A DNA stretch of 64,000 nt, taken from Halodesulfurarchaeum sp. GTDB taxonomy: Archaea > Halobacteriota > Halobacteria > Halobacteriales > Halobacteriaceae. The stretch spans positions 1 through 64,000 of the forward strand of contig JAXHNL010000002.1 of NCBI GenBank assembly GCA_034520565.1. Direction: 5' to 3'. The position numbers were made by a program, and so were the translations under genes. The notes beneath the pieces were generated by a model. It was given only the letters and a program-made list of their open reading frames with translations. It made no database searches and had not been told where the DNA came from. Position 1 is the stretch's first letter. Every line of letters begins with the position of its first letter. Shown here in pieces: positions 23,213 to 33,913 of this stretch.

Positions 23213-24091
23213 ATGATACGGCACGACCACTGTCCAGGTAGGCTTGCAGAAAAGGTAATCGTCATCTCCGGTTCGACACAGGGTATCGGCCTCGGTATGG
23301 CAAAGCGATTCTCCGCTGAAGGTGCGTCAGTGGTAATCAACGACCACGGGGCAAACGATGGGGAAACGATCGCCGAGGCGGTCGCGCAGGAAGGAGGCGA
23401 GGCAATCTACGTCCAGGCCGACGCGGGGAAGCCGGAGGAGATCGATCACCTGATCGAGAAAACGGTCGAGGAGTTCGGCCGAATCGACGTCCTCGTGAAT
23501 AACGTCACCAACTCCGTCTCCGGTCCGTTCGAAGAACGAACGCTCGAAGAGTGGGACTCGGTAATGGACGTTGCTCTCAAGAGTTACTGGTATTACACCA
23601 AACAGGCACTACCACACATGCCCGAAGGAAGTAGTGTGATTAACATTTCCTCGGTTCATGCGATTCAAACTGATCCGGAGTGTTTCCCGTACAACGTCGC
23701 GAACAGCGGCATCAACGGTCTCACCAGGGCACTATCGATCGAGCTCGGGGTTCATGGGATCCGCGTCAATACGATCATGCCCGGGAAGATCCTCACGGAG
23801 GCGCTTTCGGATCACGACTACGAGGACGGAACGTGGGAGGACCACGAACAAGATCCGTTCCCGGCCCATCGCCACGACCCGGACTCGAAGAAATCCATCG
23901 AGCGCCAGAATACCGAGTTAGACCCCATCGGCCGCTTCGGAACACCGGCGGATATCGCTGGATTGGCGGCGTATCTCGCAGCGGATGAATCCTCACTCAT
24001 GACCGGGACCGCAATTCCGGTGGATGGTGGTCGGACGACCACGCTTCGCGATCACGACTACGCACAGTGGCTTCGCGAACGGTCCGAGTAA
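23213..24091 (+). CDS. SDR family oxidoreductase (paralogue of 1821-2639)
   Basis: [21 protein letters not shown]. The catalytic YxxxK reads YNVAN here. Confidence 0.9.
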   Translation: MIRHDHCPGRLAEKVIVISGSTQGIGLGMAKRFSAEGASVVINDHGANDGETIAEAVAQEGGEAIYVQADAGKPEEIDHLIEKTVEEFGRIDVLVNNVTNSVSGPFEERTLEEWDSVMDVALKSYWYYTKQALPHMPEGSSVINISSVHAIQTDPECFPYNVANSGINGLTRALSIELGVHGIRVNTIMPGKILTEALSDHDYEDGTWEDHEQDPFPAHRHDPDSKKSIERQNTELDPIGRFGTPADIAGLAAYLAADESSLMTGTAIPVDGGRTTTLRDHDYAQWLRERSE

Positions 24092-24210
24092 AGGACCGGC
24101 GTGTCACAATCGACTCGAAGGAGTCGCCAACAGAAATCTGTCAGTGCGGAATTTCACCGTGCAGTCAGACTGAACGTTTATATCCAAGAAGCACAATTTC
24201 GTGTTCAGGA

Positions 24211-25449
24211 ATGGGCCAGAAGGTCAACCCGTTCGAGAGTTTGCAGTCCCAAGTTCGACAGGCTGCAAGCTATCTCGAACTCGAAAACGACGTCATTGAA
24301 CGGCTGAGCCATCCGGAACGCGTTTTGGAGGTGAACGTCTCGTTACCCCGCGACGACGGTTCCACTGAAATTCTGAAAGGGTTCCGATCACAGTTCAACG
24401 GCGATAGAGGACCGTACAAAGGTGGTATCAGGTATCACCCGGCCGTCTCACGAGACGAAGTCAAAGCGCTGTCGGGGTGGATGGCCTACAAAACGGCGGT
24501 CGTCGATATCCCCCTCGGCGGAGCCAAAGGAGGCATTCGAATCGATCCAAAATCGTACTCGGAGGCCGAACTCGAACGACTGACCCGAGCCTTCGCCGAA
24601 GAACTGCGCCCCTTGATTGGGGAAAGCAGAGACATTCCAGCACCCGACGTCAATACAGGAGCCCGGGAAATGCTCTGGATCAAATCGGCGTACGAAACGC
24701 TCGAAAATCGGACCGAGCCAGGGGTGGTAACGGGGAAACCGATCGAAAGCCAGGGCAGTGAAGGTCGAGTCGAAGCCACCGGTCGGTCGACAGTCATCGC
24801 TGCCCGGGAGGCATTCGAGTATCTGGGACGAGCAATCGACGGGGCCACGGTTGCAGTCCAGGGATTTGGAAACGCGGGCTGGCAAAGTGCAAAACTGATC
24901 GCGGATATGGGCGCAACGGTTGTCGCTGTTAGTGATTCGAAGGGAGGGATCCACATCCCCGAAGGACTAGACCCCCACAAAGTGAGAGCGGTGAAAGACG
25001 AACACGGGTCCGTTATCGATTATCCTGACGCCCATACACGGATAACTAACACGGAATTGCTCACACTCGACGTCGATTTACTCATCCCTGCAGCTATGGA
25101 GAACGCGATCACCGGAGAAATCGCAGCAAACATCACTTGTGACGTGATTTCGGAAGCCGCTAATGGGCCATTAATACCGAAAGCGAGCGACATACTGAGT
25201 GAGAGGGATATCCTGGTCATTCCGGATATTCTGGCCAATTCGGGTGGCGTAACGGTTTCGTATTACGAATGGGTGCAGAATCGCCAGCGATTCTACTGGT
25301 CGGAAGAACGAGTCAACGAAGAACTCGAAGCCACCATCGTTGAGGCCTTCGAGACCGTCGTTTCCGTCTATGAGGAAGCGGACGTCCCGAATCTCCGGAC
25401 CGCCGCCTACATCGTCGCGCTTCGACGGATTGTCGGAGCTTCCGGATAG
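24211..25449 (+). CDS. gdhA: Glutamate dehydrogenase
   Basis: [61 protein letters not shown]. Confidence 0.96.
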   Translation: MGQKVNPFESLQSQVRQAASYLELENDVIERLSHPERVLEVNVSLPRDDGSTEILKGFRSQFNGDRGPYKGGIRYHPAVSRDEVKALSGWMAYKTAVVDIPLGGAKGGIRIDPKSYSEAELERLTRAFAEELRPLIGESRDIPAPDVNTGAREMLWIKSAYETLENRTEPGVVTGKPIESQGSEGRVEATGRSTVIAAREAFEYLGRAIDGATVAVQGFGNAGWQSAKLIADMGATVVAVSDSKGGIHIPEGLDPHKVRAVKDEHGSVIDYPDAHTRITNTELLTLDVDLLIPAAMENAITGEIAANITCDVISEAANGPLIPKASDILSERDILVIPDILANSGGVTVSYYEWVQNRQRFYWSEERVNEELEATIVEAFETVVSVYEEADVPNLRTAAYIVALRRIVGASG

Positions 25450-25536
25450 GACCGTTTCCTCCGGGATTCAGTAGCAAATAGCCTCGAACGGGTTCTCATA
25501 GTGTGTCCGACTCGATCCGAAGACCTGAAGCGATAC

Positions 25537-26505
25537 TCAGGAGACGACTTCGGTATTGACGATGTTCTCTGGGGATTCGTTTTCGAGTACCCGAACCGCT
25601 TCTTCGGCAGGAATTCGTCTGAGTTCCTCTAGGGCCGCGTCCGAATACCAGGCAACGTGCGGCGTGAGAAGAATATCTTCGTGTGTTCGAATCGGGTCAT
25701 TTTCGGCAGGCGGTTCGGGATCGGTCACATCGAGACCAGCGACAGCGATCTCGTCGTCATTTAGCGCCTTCAGAAGAGCTTGCTGGTCGATAATTCCGCC
25801 ACGAGCGACGTTAACGAGAACCGCGGAGTTTTTCATTTCGGCGAACACTTCGGCGTCGAACAGATGGTGGGTTTCGTCGTTCAACACCGTGTGAATCGAG
25901 ACGATATCGCTTTGCCGAATTAATTCCTCAAAGGACACTTTCCTTGCTGACTGGGCCTCGATGTCTTCAGCGGATACATATGGATCGGATACGATGATGT
26001 CGACGCCCAACCCAGACGCCATTTCGGCAAGTTGTTTTCCGATTCGACCCATACCCACGATGCCGAGGGTTTTTTCCTGTAACCTCGTCTGTTCGTTTCG
26101 GTACTTCCAGTTCCAGTTTCCGTCCCGGACGTGTCTGTCGTATTGAGCGAGGCGCCGATCACACGCTAAAAGCAACGCCAATGCATGAGTCGCTACTTCC
26201 TCGTTTCCGTATCGGGGGACGTTCACCACGAATACGTCGTGTGCTGTCGCGGCCTCGACGTCGACGTTATCGAATCCTGCCCCCATTCGAACAACCGCCT
26301 CGAGCCGGGGAAGTGCATCGAATACCTCGTCCGTTATTGGCGCGTTCGTCGTGAGGAGGACGGTTGCCTGCGATCCACCCTTGATGACTTCATCTGCCGA
26401 GGATGCATCGAGTGAAACGAGCTCAGCACCTGCGCCTTCGATTATTTCTGCTTCGAGCTCCGTGTCCTCATAGATGTGATCAGTGATCACTACTTTCTCC
26501 GGCAT
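25537..26505 (-). CDS. D-isomer-specific 2-hydroxyacid dehydrogenase (CtBP/SerA-like)
   Basis: GAGFDNVD, GMGRIG, NVARG, LDVTDPEP, TPHVAWYS; ATG at 26505. Confidence 0.93.
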   Translation of the reverse strand: MPEKVVITDHIYEDTELEAEIIEGAGAELVSLDASSADEVIKGGSQATVLLTTNAPITDEVFDALPRLEAVVRMGAGFDNVDVEAATAHDVFVVNVPRYGNEEVATHALALLLACDRRLAQYDRHVRDGNWNWKYRNEQTRLQEKTLGIVGMGRIGKQLAEMASGLGVDIIVSDPYVSAEDIEAQSARKVSFEELIRQSDIVSIHTVLNDETHHLFDAEVFAEMKNSAVLVNVARGGIIDQQALLKALNDDEIAVAGLDVTDPEPPAENDPIRTHEDILLTPHVAWYSDAALEELRRIPAEEAVRVLENESPENIVNTEVVS

Positions 26506-26623
26506 AAAATCCAAGAGGGACGTTACCGTATTGAATGCTTGGATTCGAAACGGAGCGGGCCCCGGACTGACACCGTCCAAAATCACCGGTCGCGTGGGGG
26601 CCAAAACGGATTTCCGGATCCTG

Positions 26624-27526
26624 TTACTGTACCGGCTCACCTGGAACGCCGGGCGTGTCCGGGTCGTTCTCGTACTGAGTGGCATCGATTTCGGACGCCT
26701 CGATCTCCTCTACCACGCGCAGACTCTGTTCGAATTGAGTCAAGATATCCGTACTGCCCTCTCCGGGGCGTGGCGTTTTGAAGTTCTTGATCGAAACGGG
26801 ACTCGCAACACGAACGATTTCGGGCATTTCGGGGGTTCGAACGACGTCCTGGTACCAAAACGCGTGGATATCCATCGGTTGTCCAGTAACCTCGCGAATC
26901 GCACCCAACATCGGAATCGTCAGGTCACGGGCCGGATTAATACTGTCGTGTGACCCCAGTTTGTCCGACCAGAACTGCATCGATGCGGGATTGGCGATCT
27001 GGAACGCCGAAGATAATTTGAAAACCGTATCGGACGGTAGCAAGCCATCGTCCCGCATTCGAATCGCTACCTGCAACAGCCCCTCATCTTGGAGATTGAA
27101 TCCTCGGCACCCAAGCTCCGTGGCCCGCTTCATTTCGTCTAGTGTATAGACCAATGTGTCTTCGCCACGCAGTTTACCTCCAGGCATCGCACCCAGCGCC
27201 ATCTGTTGACTATTGTCACAGGCCTTGTGGCCCCGTCCGGGCTCCATCAGGAGTTGGACGTCATTCTCCCGGGCGATTCGACACTTCTCCAGGATTGTTT
27301 CTTCACTATCGAAGGTGGTTCCGGTCACGTCGACGATCTTGTTGACCTGAACGCCTGCAGTCTCCGCCTTTTTCAGGAGAGCCTCGTACTCCTCGACAGA
27401 GCCCGGAAGCATCTCGATCTTGAAGTCCGATCCATCCGGGTACTGGTATGCCGATGCCGTCCGTTCGTACGCGTCACTGACGGGAAACTCCAAGTCAGCG
27501 AGGTAGGACCGGATGACGTCACTCAT
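26624..27526 (-). CDS. Conserved hypothetical protein, probable TIM barrel (resembles so-called U32 peptidase-like proteins)
   Basis: 300-aa acidic ORF co-oriented with its neighbours; YPDGSDFKIE, RATELGCRG...DEGLL, FKLS...NPAS, DSINP, PMDIH, RVASPVSIK. Confidence 0.65.
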   Translation of the reverse strand: MSDVIRSYLADLEFPVSDAYERTASAYQYPDGSDFKIEMLPGSVEEYEALLKKAETAGVQVNKIVDVTGTTFDSEETILEKCRIARENDVQLLMEPGRGHKACDNSQQMALGAMPGGKLRGEDTLVYTLDEMKRATELGCRGFNLQDEGLLQVAIRMRDDGLLPSDTVFKLSSAFQIANPASMQFWSDKLGSHDSINPARDLTIPMLGAIREVTGQPMDIHAFWYQDVVRTPEMPEIVRVASPVSIKNFKTPRPGEGSTDILTQFEQSLRVVEEIEASEIDATQYENDPDTPGVPGEPVQ

Positions 27527-27831
27527 GATTGTTGGTTCGGGAATCGTGTCTCAGATTCGAGCGATCGAGCTATTGCTTTCTCTGACGGTCGCTGAGCTTG
27601 CACCATTGCAATTTAGGAAGACTGTGGGCCCGGATATAAACATTCCGCCTCGATTTATCGAGCCCGGCCATCACAAAACAGTCCTTCACCTGTCATCGAA
27701 GACCCCCAGCCGGATCGTCCAGGTTTTCCGAGTCAGGTTGCTTCGGAACGTGAAGCCCCGATTGGCCACCATTTCTGTCGAAAGACCGATCCAGAGGGGA
27801 GATAAATCCGTTTCCCCAAACTGCTCTACCG

Positions 27832-29130
27832 TCAGTCCCGGTGTTTGACAACCGCTCCGCCCTTCATCACGATAGACATGTTCTCCGGTCGGAGCGCTTC
27901 GATGTTCTCGTGTGGAAGCCCATCGACAACCAGCAGATCTCCGTATTTTCCACTCTCCAAGGTGCCAACCTCATCACTCCGTTCGAGCGCGATCGCAGAT
28001 TCCCGTGTCGCATGCTCGATAGCGGACATCGGGCTACAACCCCAATCGACCCATAACCGAGCCTCTCTTGCGGTCGCCCCGACGTGTGGTCCAAGGGGCG
28101 GGTAGGAATCGGCACCGAGGGCCATCGGAACGTCCATCTCGAGTGCGTTCTCGAACATCTCCCGTGCGGCTTCGCGGTCCGCCTGGAGGTCTTCGAGATG
28201 CTGGTCGGTGAGATGGCAGGTCTCCGCATTCTGGGGAAACACGATGAACGGCGTCAGCGTTGGAACCAGGCGCGCGCCGTTCTCTTTGATGAGTTCGAGG
28301 GCTTCTTCGTCCGCATACGTTCCGTGTTCGATCGTATCCACGCCAGCCCGGGCCGCACTTTTGATGGCTTCGTTCGATTGGGCATGGATCCCCACAGTCA
28401 TGTCTTTTCGATGCGCCTCGACGACGGCCGCTCGCATCTCCTCCTCGGTCAGCGTCTGGGTGTGCGGGCCGGAAAACGCCGACAGCCAGGATCCCGAGCC
28501 TTCGAGTTTGATGTGGGTAGCCCCCGCTTTGAACATTTCCCGAACTTCCGCGACCATCTCCTGGGTCCCGTTGACCTCCCGTCCGTTCGAGAGGTTTTCG
28601 GTCGCCCGAATCGGTTCGCGATTGTCATCGGACCCACCGGTCGAGGTGATCATCGGACCAGTCGGGTTCACGCGCGGTCCGAGGATGGTTCCGTCTTCGA
28701 CTGCGTCTCGAAGGCTCATCGGCAGCAGATCCCGGCCGGCCATGTCTCGGATCGTCGTCGCTCCCGAGTACAACATGATCTGCAGGTTTTCCGCCGCCTT
28801 GATCGCGTTGTACTCGATAGTATTATCGAACGTGAGCGCCCGGTAGCGACCCATTACCGGGTTCAATTCGGCGTATTGAGACATGTGCGTATGTGCCTCA
28901 ACCATCCCCGGCATGATCGTTTGCCCCTCCACGTCGATCTCGCGTGCGTTCCCTGGCACGTCCAGTTCGTCGGTTGGCCCGACCGCGGTGATTTTCCCGT
29001 CTTCGATGAGGACCCCGCCGTCCTCGATCGGATCGGTTCCCGTCCCGTCGACGAGAACCCCGCCAACGATGGCCACTGGGGTATCTGGAGTCGATTCTAC
29101 GTCCTCTCCGACCGCAACTGTCTCTATCAT
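27832..29130 (-). CDS. Metal-dependent amidohydrolase (paralogue of 3003-4298)
   Basis: MPGMVEAHTH, HIKL, GIHA, EHGTY, GAD, GTLESGKYGDL; GGAGAG ribosome-binding site before ATG 29130. Confidence 0.9.
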   Translation of the reverse strand: MIETVAVGEDVESTPDTPVAIVGGVLVDGTGTDPIEDGGVLIEDGKITAVGPTDELDVPGNAREIDVEGQTIMPGMVEAHTHMSQYAELNPVMGRYRALTFDNTIEYNAIKAAENLQIMLYSGATTIRDMAGRDLLPMSLRDAVEDGTILGPRVNPTGPMITSTGGSDDNREPIRATENLSNGREVNGTQEMVAEVREMFKAGATHIKLEGSGSWLSAFSGPHTQTLTEEEMRAAVVEAHRKDMTVGIHAQSNEAIKSAARAGVDTIEHGTYADEEALELIKENGARLVPTLTPFIVFPQNAETCHLTDQHLEDLQADREAAREMFENALEMDVPMALGADSYPPLGPHVGATAREARLWVDWGCSPMSAIEHATRESAIALERSDEVGTLESGKYGDLLVVDGLPHENIEALRPENMSIVMKGGAVVKHRD

Positions 29131-29293
29131 TGTTTCTCTCCGAGTACGTCTGTTCATTACTAGCATGTCCTCATAAATGTTTGTAACCGGTTTTCGAAGA
29201 CCAGTAAATCAGTCGGGTGATTTCGGCAGATCCATCGAACAGCAATACATTTGAAACAGTCACGTGGAGTACGGTACCCGAGTCGATAGAGGC

Positions 29294-29303
29294 AAACGTT
29301 AAT
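29294..29303 (+). promoter_or_regulatory. Putative BRE/TATA promoter of regulator 29329
   Basis: AAACGTTAAT, with TTAAT about 27 nt upstream of the ATG. Confidence 0.45.
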
Positions 29304-29328
29304 GTGAATCCTAAGAGAAACGTGCAGT

Positions 29329-30021
29329 ATGATCACCGCCCGAATTGGTGTTCTCTTCGAAGATGATTGGACTTCTGATTCGAATGCGTACTCCGTCTTT
29401 GGAAAATTCCTCGCGTATTCGTTTCACCACAATCAGTATTTCGCCTTACTCAGGTTCACTGCAGATGACGTCGATGGAGCCCTGGAACTCGTCCGAAACC
29501 ACGAAAACATCACCCACGTTGAAATCATCGACCGATCTTCGAGACCCGGCCGTGTCCAAGAGGCGGTCACGGTCACGCTCAAATCGACGTATTACCACAT
29601 CCCGCCGATGGAAATGCTCTCGTATGAAGGCTACCTGCCCATGGGATATCCCTCCCTGGAGGACGGTCGCATTTGCTTCGACTTGGTCCTCGAAACACAC
29701 TACGAGATATCGGAAGTCAAGGAACTGCTCGACCTCTACGGCGACGTGAAGATGTTCTACCTCTCAGAAGAACTGCTGTACCAAACCGCACCGAAATCCG
29801 AGGAGTTCCAGGCCTTGATCGAGGAGATTACTCCCAAACAACTCGAACTGTTAGTGCTCGCGGTTGAACGGGGCTATTTCGAGCAAAATCGGGAAGTAAC
29901 CATCCAGACACTCGCCGACGAACTCGGAGTCTCGAAAACGACGGCTTCGGAGCATCTCCACAAGGGATGGGAAACGTTACTGAAATTCTCGAATCGGTAC
30001 TTCTCCTCGCCGGATACCTAA
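29329..30021 (+). CDS. HTH-10 (Bat/DmsR-type) transcriptional regulator
   Basis: C-terminal ITPKQLELLVLAVERGYFEQNREVTIQTLADELGVSKTTASEHL. Confidence 0.88.
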   Translation: MITARIGVLFEDDWTSDSNAYSVFGKFLAYSFHHNQYFALLRFTADDVDGALELVRNHENITHVEIIDRSSRPGRVQEAVTVTLKSTYYHIPPMEMLSYEGYLPMGYPSLEDGRICFDLVLETHYEISEVKELLDLYGDVKMFYLSEELLYQTAPKSEEFQALIEEITPKQLELLVLAVERGYFEQNREVTIQTLADELGVSKTTASEHLHKGWETLLKFSNRYFSSPDT

Positions 30022-30063
30022 CGGATATTCGGAAACGAACCTCGGAGATAGTCGAACGACAAG

Positions 30064-30750
30064 CTATGAAAAGATGTGGATATATTTTACCAACATCGGA
30101 ATGACCGCTTGCTCGATGTTTCGAAGATATCGTGAGGCGGTGCTCTTTGCAATCCCGGCCTCTGATGCGAGGTCCTCGAGGGAAATCCATCGGGGGGAAT
30201 CCATGTATCCTGATTCGATCGCAAGCTCGAGGAACGCCTTCTCGGTTGCCGGAATCGATTCGAATATTTGTTGCCACTCCAACAGACTGAGGCGCAGACT
30301 CGGACGGATTTCGGAAACGACCCGAATGACCTCGACGGTTTCGTACTCCAACAAACTGACGAGGTGGGAGAGGTCCTCACGGTTCTCCGCGAGGATTTCC
30401 ACGTATTCGAACCCGTCGCGGTATTTCGCGTGCCCGATCGGAAGGAATCCGAAATACCGCATCGTTTCCATGGGCGTGTAGGTCGGATATTCACTGTTGA
30501 CCTTCACCGTGGAAAAAATCCGATCCTGCTTCTCGTATCGTTCCAGAATTTCGACCGTGTCGACGAATTTGTTCTCCTGAATCGTCTCGATGACCGAGTC
30601 GAACGACCCACTCGCCGCGTCCAGAGCGTTGATCGACACCGTCCGGTTGTCCCGGTACGTCGACGTAATAGCCTCGCCGACAACGTCATAGTCCGCAAGT
30701 TGATCCACCCAGTCACCTTCGAAACGAATTTTGAGATTTGCAGTAATCAT
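30064..30750 (-). CDS. HTH-10 (Bat/DmsR-type) transcriptional regulator
   Basis: LAIESGYMDSPRWISLEDLASEAGIAKSTASRYLR; TTTATA about 27 nt upstream favours ATG 30750. Confidence 0.88.
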   Translation of the reverse strand: MITANLKIRFEGDWVDQLADYDVVGEAITSTYRDNRTVSINALDAASGSFDSVIETIQENKFVDTVEILERYEKQDRIFSTVKVNSEYPTYTPMETMRYFGFLPIGHAKYRDGFEYVEILAENREDLSHLVSLLEYETVEVIRVVSEIRPSLRLSLLEWQQIFESIPATEKAFLELAIESGYMDSPRWISLEDLASEAGIAKSTASRYLRNIEQAVIPMLVKYIHIFS

Positions 30751-30845
30751 ATCGCTCAATTCACGGTGGGCGTATAAATTTGTGGCGTCCGATCTGATCG
30801 GCGATGCTGTGTGGACTGGTCGTTCGTGTCCGATCGCGGGCGAAT

Positions 30846-31640
30846 TTACAGGTTCGACGCACCAGCGCCACCGTCTACGGGAATTGCAACACCGTTGATA
30901 TGGGCCGCAGCAGGGGAACTCAAGAAAGCGACCAGGTTTCCAAAGTCGTCCGGATCGCCGATATTTCCCAGTGGAATTCCCGAAGACCGGTCCTGCATGG
31001 CCGCTTCGTAGGAATCGTACTCGCCACGCTCGATTGCCTGTTGGACGAGTGACTTGATCCGGTTCGTTTCGTGCGGGCCGGGGAGCACAGCGTTCGACCG
31101 GACCTCGGGAGCGAATTCCGCGGACAGCGTCTTTTCGAGACCGATGACACTCATGCGGACGGAATTCGACAGGACGAGCGAATCGATGGCTTCCTTCACA
31201 CTCCGGGAGGTGATATTGACAATCGTTCCCCCACCATCAGCCCGAAGTGCATCGGCCGCCTCTCTGACGACTCGGACAACACTCATGACGAGCAGATCGA
31301 ACGCGTGGTACCAGTCTTCGTCGTCCATCGAAAGGAAGGGTCCACTCGGTGGCCCTCCGGCACTGGTGACGAGATGGTCCAGACGACCGAATTCTGAAAG
31401 GGTCCGTTCTACCAACCCCTCGATAGCCGCTTTCTCGGTCAAATCGGCCTGATGGCCGATGACCCGTCCAGATCCGACCGCCGATAGCTCCTCGACAGCC
31501 TCGGAGAGTGAATCGGCATCCCGACTATTGATTACGACGTTTGCATCTTGGGCAGCAAATGTCTTCGCCGACGCTTTGCCGAGTCCACTGGTAGAGGCCG
31601 TGACAAGTGCCACATTGCCCTGAAGGTCCAGGTTCATCAT
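30846..31640 (-). CDS. SDR family oxidoreductase (atypical SNxxR subtype)
   Basis: TASTSGLG, SAGGPP, LSNSVR, PGPHET, VDGG. Confidence 0.92.
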   Translation of the reverse strand: MMNLDLQGNVALVTASTSGLGKASAKTFAAQDANVVINSRDADSLSEAVEELSAVGSGRVIGHQADLTEKAAIEGLVERTLSEFGRLDHLVTSAGGPPSGPFLSMDDEDWYHAFDLLVMSVVRVVREAADALRADGGGTIVNITSRSVKEAIDSLVLSNSVRMSVIGLEKTLSAEFAPEVRSNAVLPGPHETNRIKSLVQQAIERGEYDSYEAAMQDRSSGIPLGNIGDPDDFGNLVAFLSSPAAAHINGVAIPVDGGAGASNL

Positions 31641-32407
31641 TTGTGAAAACGAGAGTCGCAGACAAAAAGGTAGTGGGATCGGGGCTATTCCCCGGTGCCG
31701 ACGATCGGGGGGCCACTGGAAGCCGACTGCGCACGCATATTTGAGAGCTGATATACCACGGAGCGGGCACCAATTCGGGGTCGTACCGTCTTTATTTAAT
31801 AGGTTAATACGACTAAATACGGTTTTTCCTTTAAGTAGTTATGACGAACGATACAAATGGTGGTTCTTGCCCTCATACACCATGATATCGGAACTCTGTC
31901 GTCCCATCGAGAAGTTCCCAGTCGTCAGTAGCGGTAATCACGCCGGCAGCAGAAAAATCTTTACAATATTAATAGTGTAACGATATGGCAACTCGCAACG
32001 GCAAACCGAAAACCGTGTCCATCCCAGCCATAGTCCCACAATGACACCCTTTCAAAATAATAGAACCGCACATAGTAGTACAGGACCGTCAGTTTTCACC
32101 AGTCGCCTTCGGTAAGTGACTCGTCATTCGATGACAGAGCGGGTCTAAACGGTTTCTAGGTACGAATCGACCAAAATGGAAAATTGCGACAACGGACACG
32201 GGAGTCACTGAACGATATGATGCACTGTCGGGTCCTCGAAACCGACCACTGGAATCGTTTCCGTAGCAAGACTACACCTCGATGACAGGCACGACAGGCT
32301 TCCAGTCCCCAACTGCACTCGGGCACGAAAACCAGACCTATCGCAAAACTACCAGTGATCATTCAGGGTACCACAAACCCTAAGAGGAGAGTGAGTAAGA
32401 TAGATAC

Positions 32408-33870
32408 ATGGATCACTCGGACCCCGTCAGAGACATGGCGCCGGTAAATAAATTCGGAGCGGAGGAACTCGAACGAATTCACGACGTGAGTCTCACGCTC
32501 CTGAGAGAGTTGGGAGTCAAAGTGGATTACGAGCCCGCCCTCGATCTCCTGGCGGAGAACGGCTGTACCGTCGACCGAGACGACAAGATGGTGACCTTTC
32601 CAAGTGATTTGGTCGAGTGGGCGATCGAAACAGCGCCGGCTTCCTTCACCCTTCACGGCCGAAACCCCGAGCGTAACGTCACTGTCGGCGAGGGGGAATA
32701 TGCGACCTCGCCTGCGGGCAGTGCACCCAACGTGCTAACCTACGAGGACGGGCGTCGCCCATCGACCCTCGAGGACTTCGAGACGTTCATCAAGTTGACC
32801 CAGATGTCGGATTTGATGACGACGACTGGGTACAACCACGCCGAACCGAACGACGTGGACCAGGAAATCAAGCATTACCGTCTCATGGAGCGGATCATCA
32901 AACATTCGGACAAACCGCTCAAGGGAGACACCTGGGGGGCAGACCGGGCACGGGCCTCGATCGAAATGGCCGGCATCGCAAACGACGATCCGGACCTCAG
33001 CAAGCCGTACATTTTTGCGACGATCAACAGCGTCTCGCCACGGACCTGGGATACAAAAATGACTGGTGGGCTGATGGAATACGCCAAGGCAGGTCAGGTG
33101 GGGATTTTATCCCCGGCGGTCATGGCGGCAGCGTCCGGTCCGGCAACGCTCGCAGGGACGCTCGCGCTCGGTAATGCCGAAATCCTGGCCGGTAACGTCA
33201 TCGCGCAACTCGTCAACGAAGGGGCTCCCATCATTTACGGATTGCCGACATCGAACGTGGATATCCGATACGGCTCCTTCAGTATCGGCAGTCCCGAGGG
33301 CGCACTCTGTGTCGCCTTCACTGGCCAGATGGGCCGGTTCTACGACGTCCCAACCCGGGCCGGAGGGGGGCTTACGGACTCGAAAATGCCGGATATGCAG
33401 GCAGGTGCCGAATCGATGTTGCAGCTGTATACTACGATCCAGAGTGGGGTGAATCTGATTCATCACGCGGCGGGGATGTTGGACTCGTATTCGACGTCCT
33501 CACCGGAGAAATTCCTGATCGATCTGGACGTCATTCGGTACATCGAACGGTTCCGTGATGGCCTCGACGTCTCCGAAGAAACGCTTGCCCAGGATCTCAT
33601 AGCCGAAGTGGAACCAGGGGGACACTTCCTCAACAAGCGGCACACGTTCGAGCATTCGAAAACTGAGTTTCTCATTCCAGAACTCTTCTACCGGAATTCC
33701 TATGAACAGCCTGGGAAGACGAAGGAAAGAAAAGCACGTTCGAATTGGCCCACGATCGCAAAATCGAGCTGTTGGCGGAGTACGAACGGCCACCGCTCGA
33801 CCCCGACATCGAGGCCGAACTCGACGAATACGTCGAAGCAGGAATCGAAACGGCACTGCCATCTTCGTAA
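32408..33870 (+). CDS. mttB: Non-pyrrolysine trimethylamine methyltransferase (MttB superfamily, MtgB-like); indel near 33705
   Basis: IHDVSLTLLRELGV, APASFTL, SGPATLAGTL..GNAEIL, GSPEG, GGGLTDSKMPDMQAGAE, HAAGML, PGGHFL. The corrected C-terminus WEDEGKKSTFELAH...PPLDPDIEAELDEYV ends at TAA 33870. Confidence 0.9.
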
Positions 33871-33913
33871 GCTAAGCGATACCCTCGTCAAACGTCACCA
33901 CGACGCTACCAGG

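Noticed and set aside
28084-29163. 359-aa plus-strand ORF
   Set aside because: Antisense shadow of the amidohydrolase; His/Arg-rich and not acidic.
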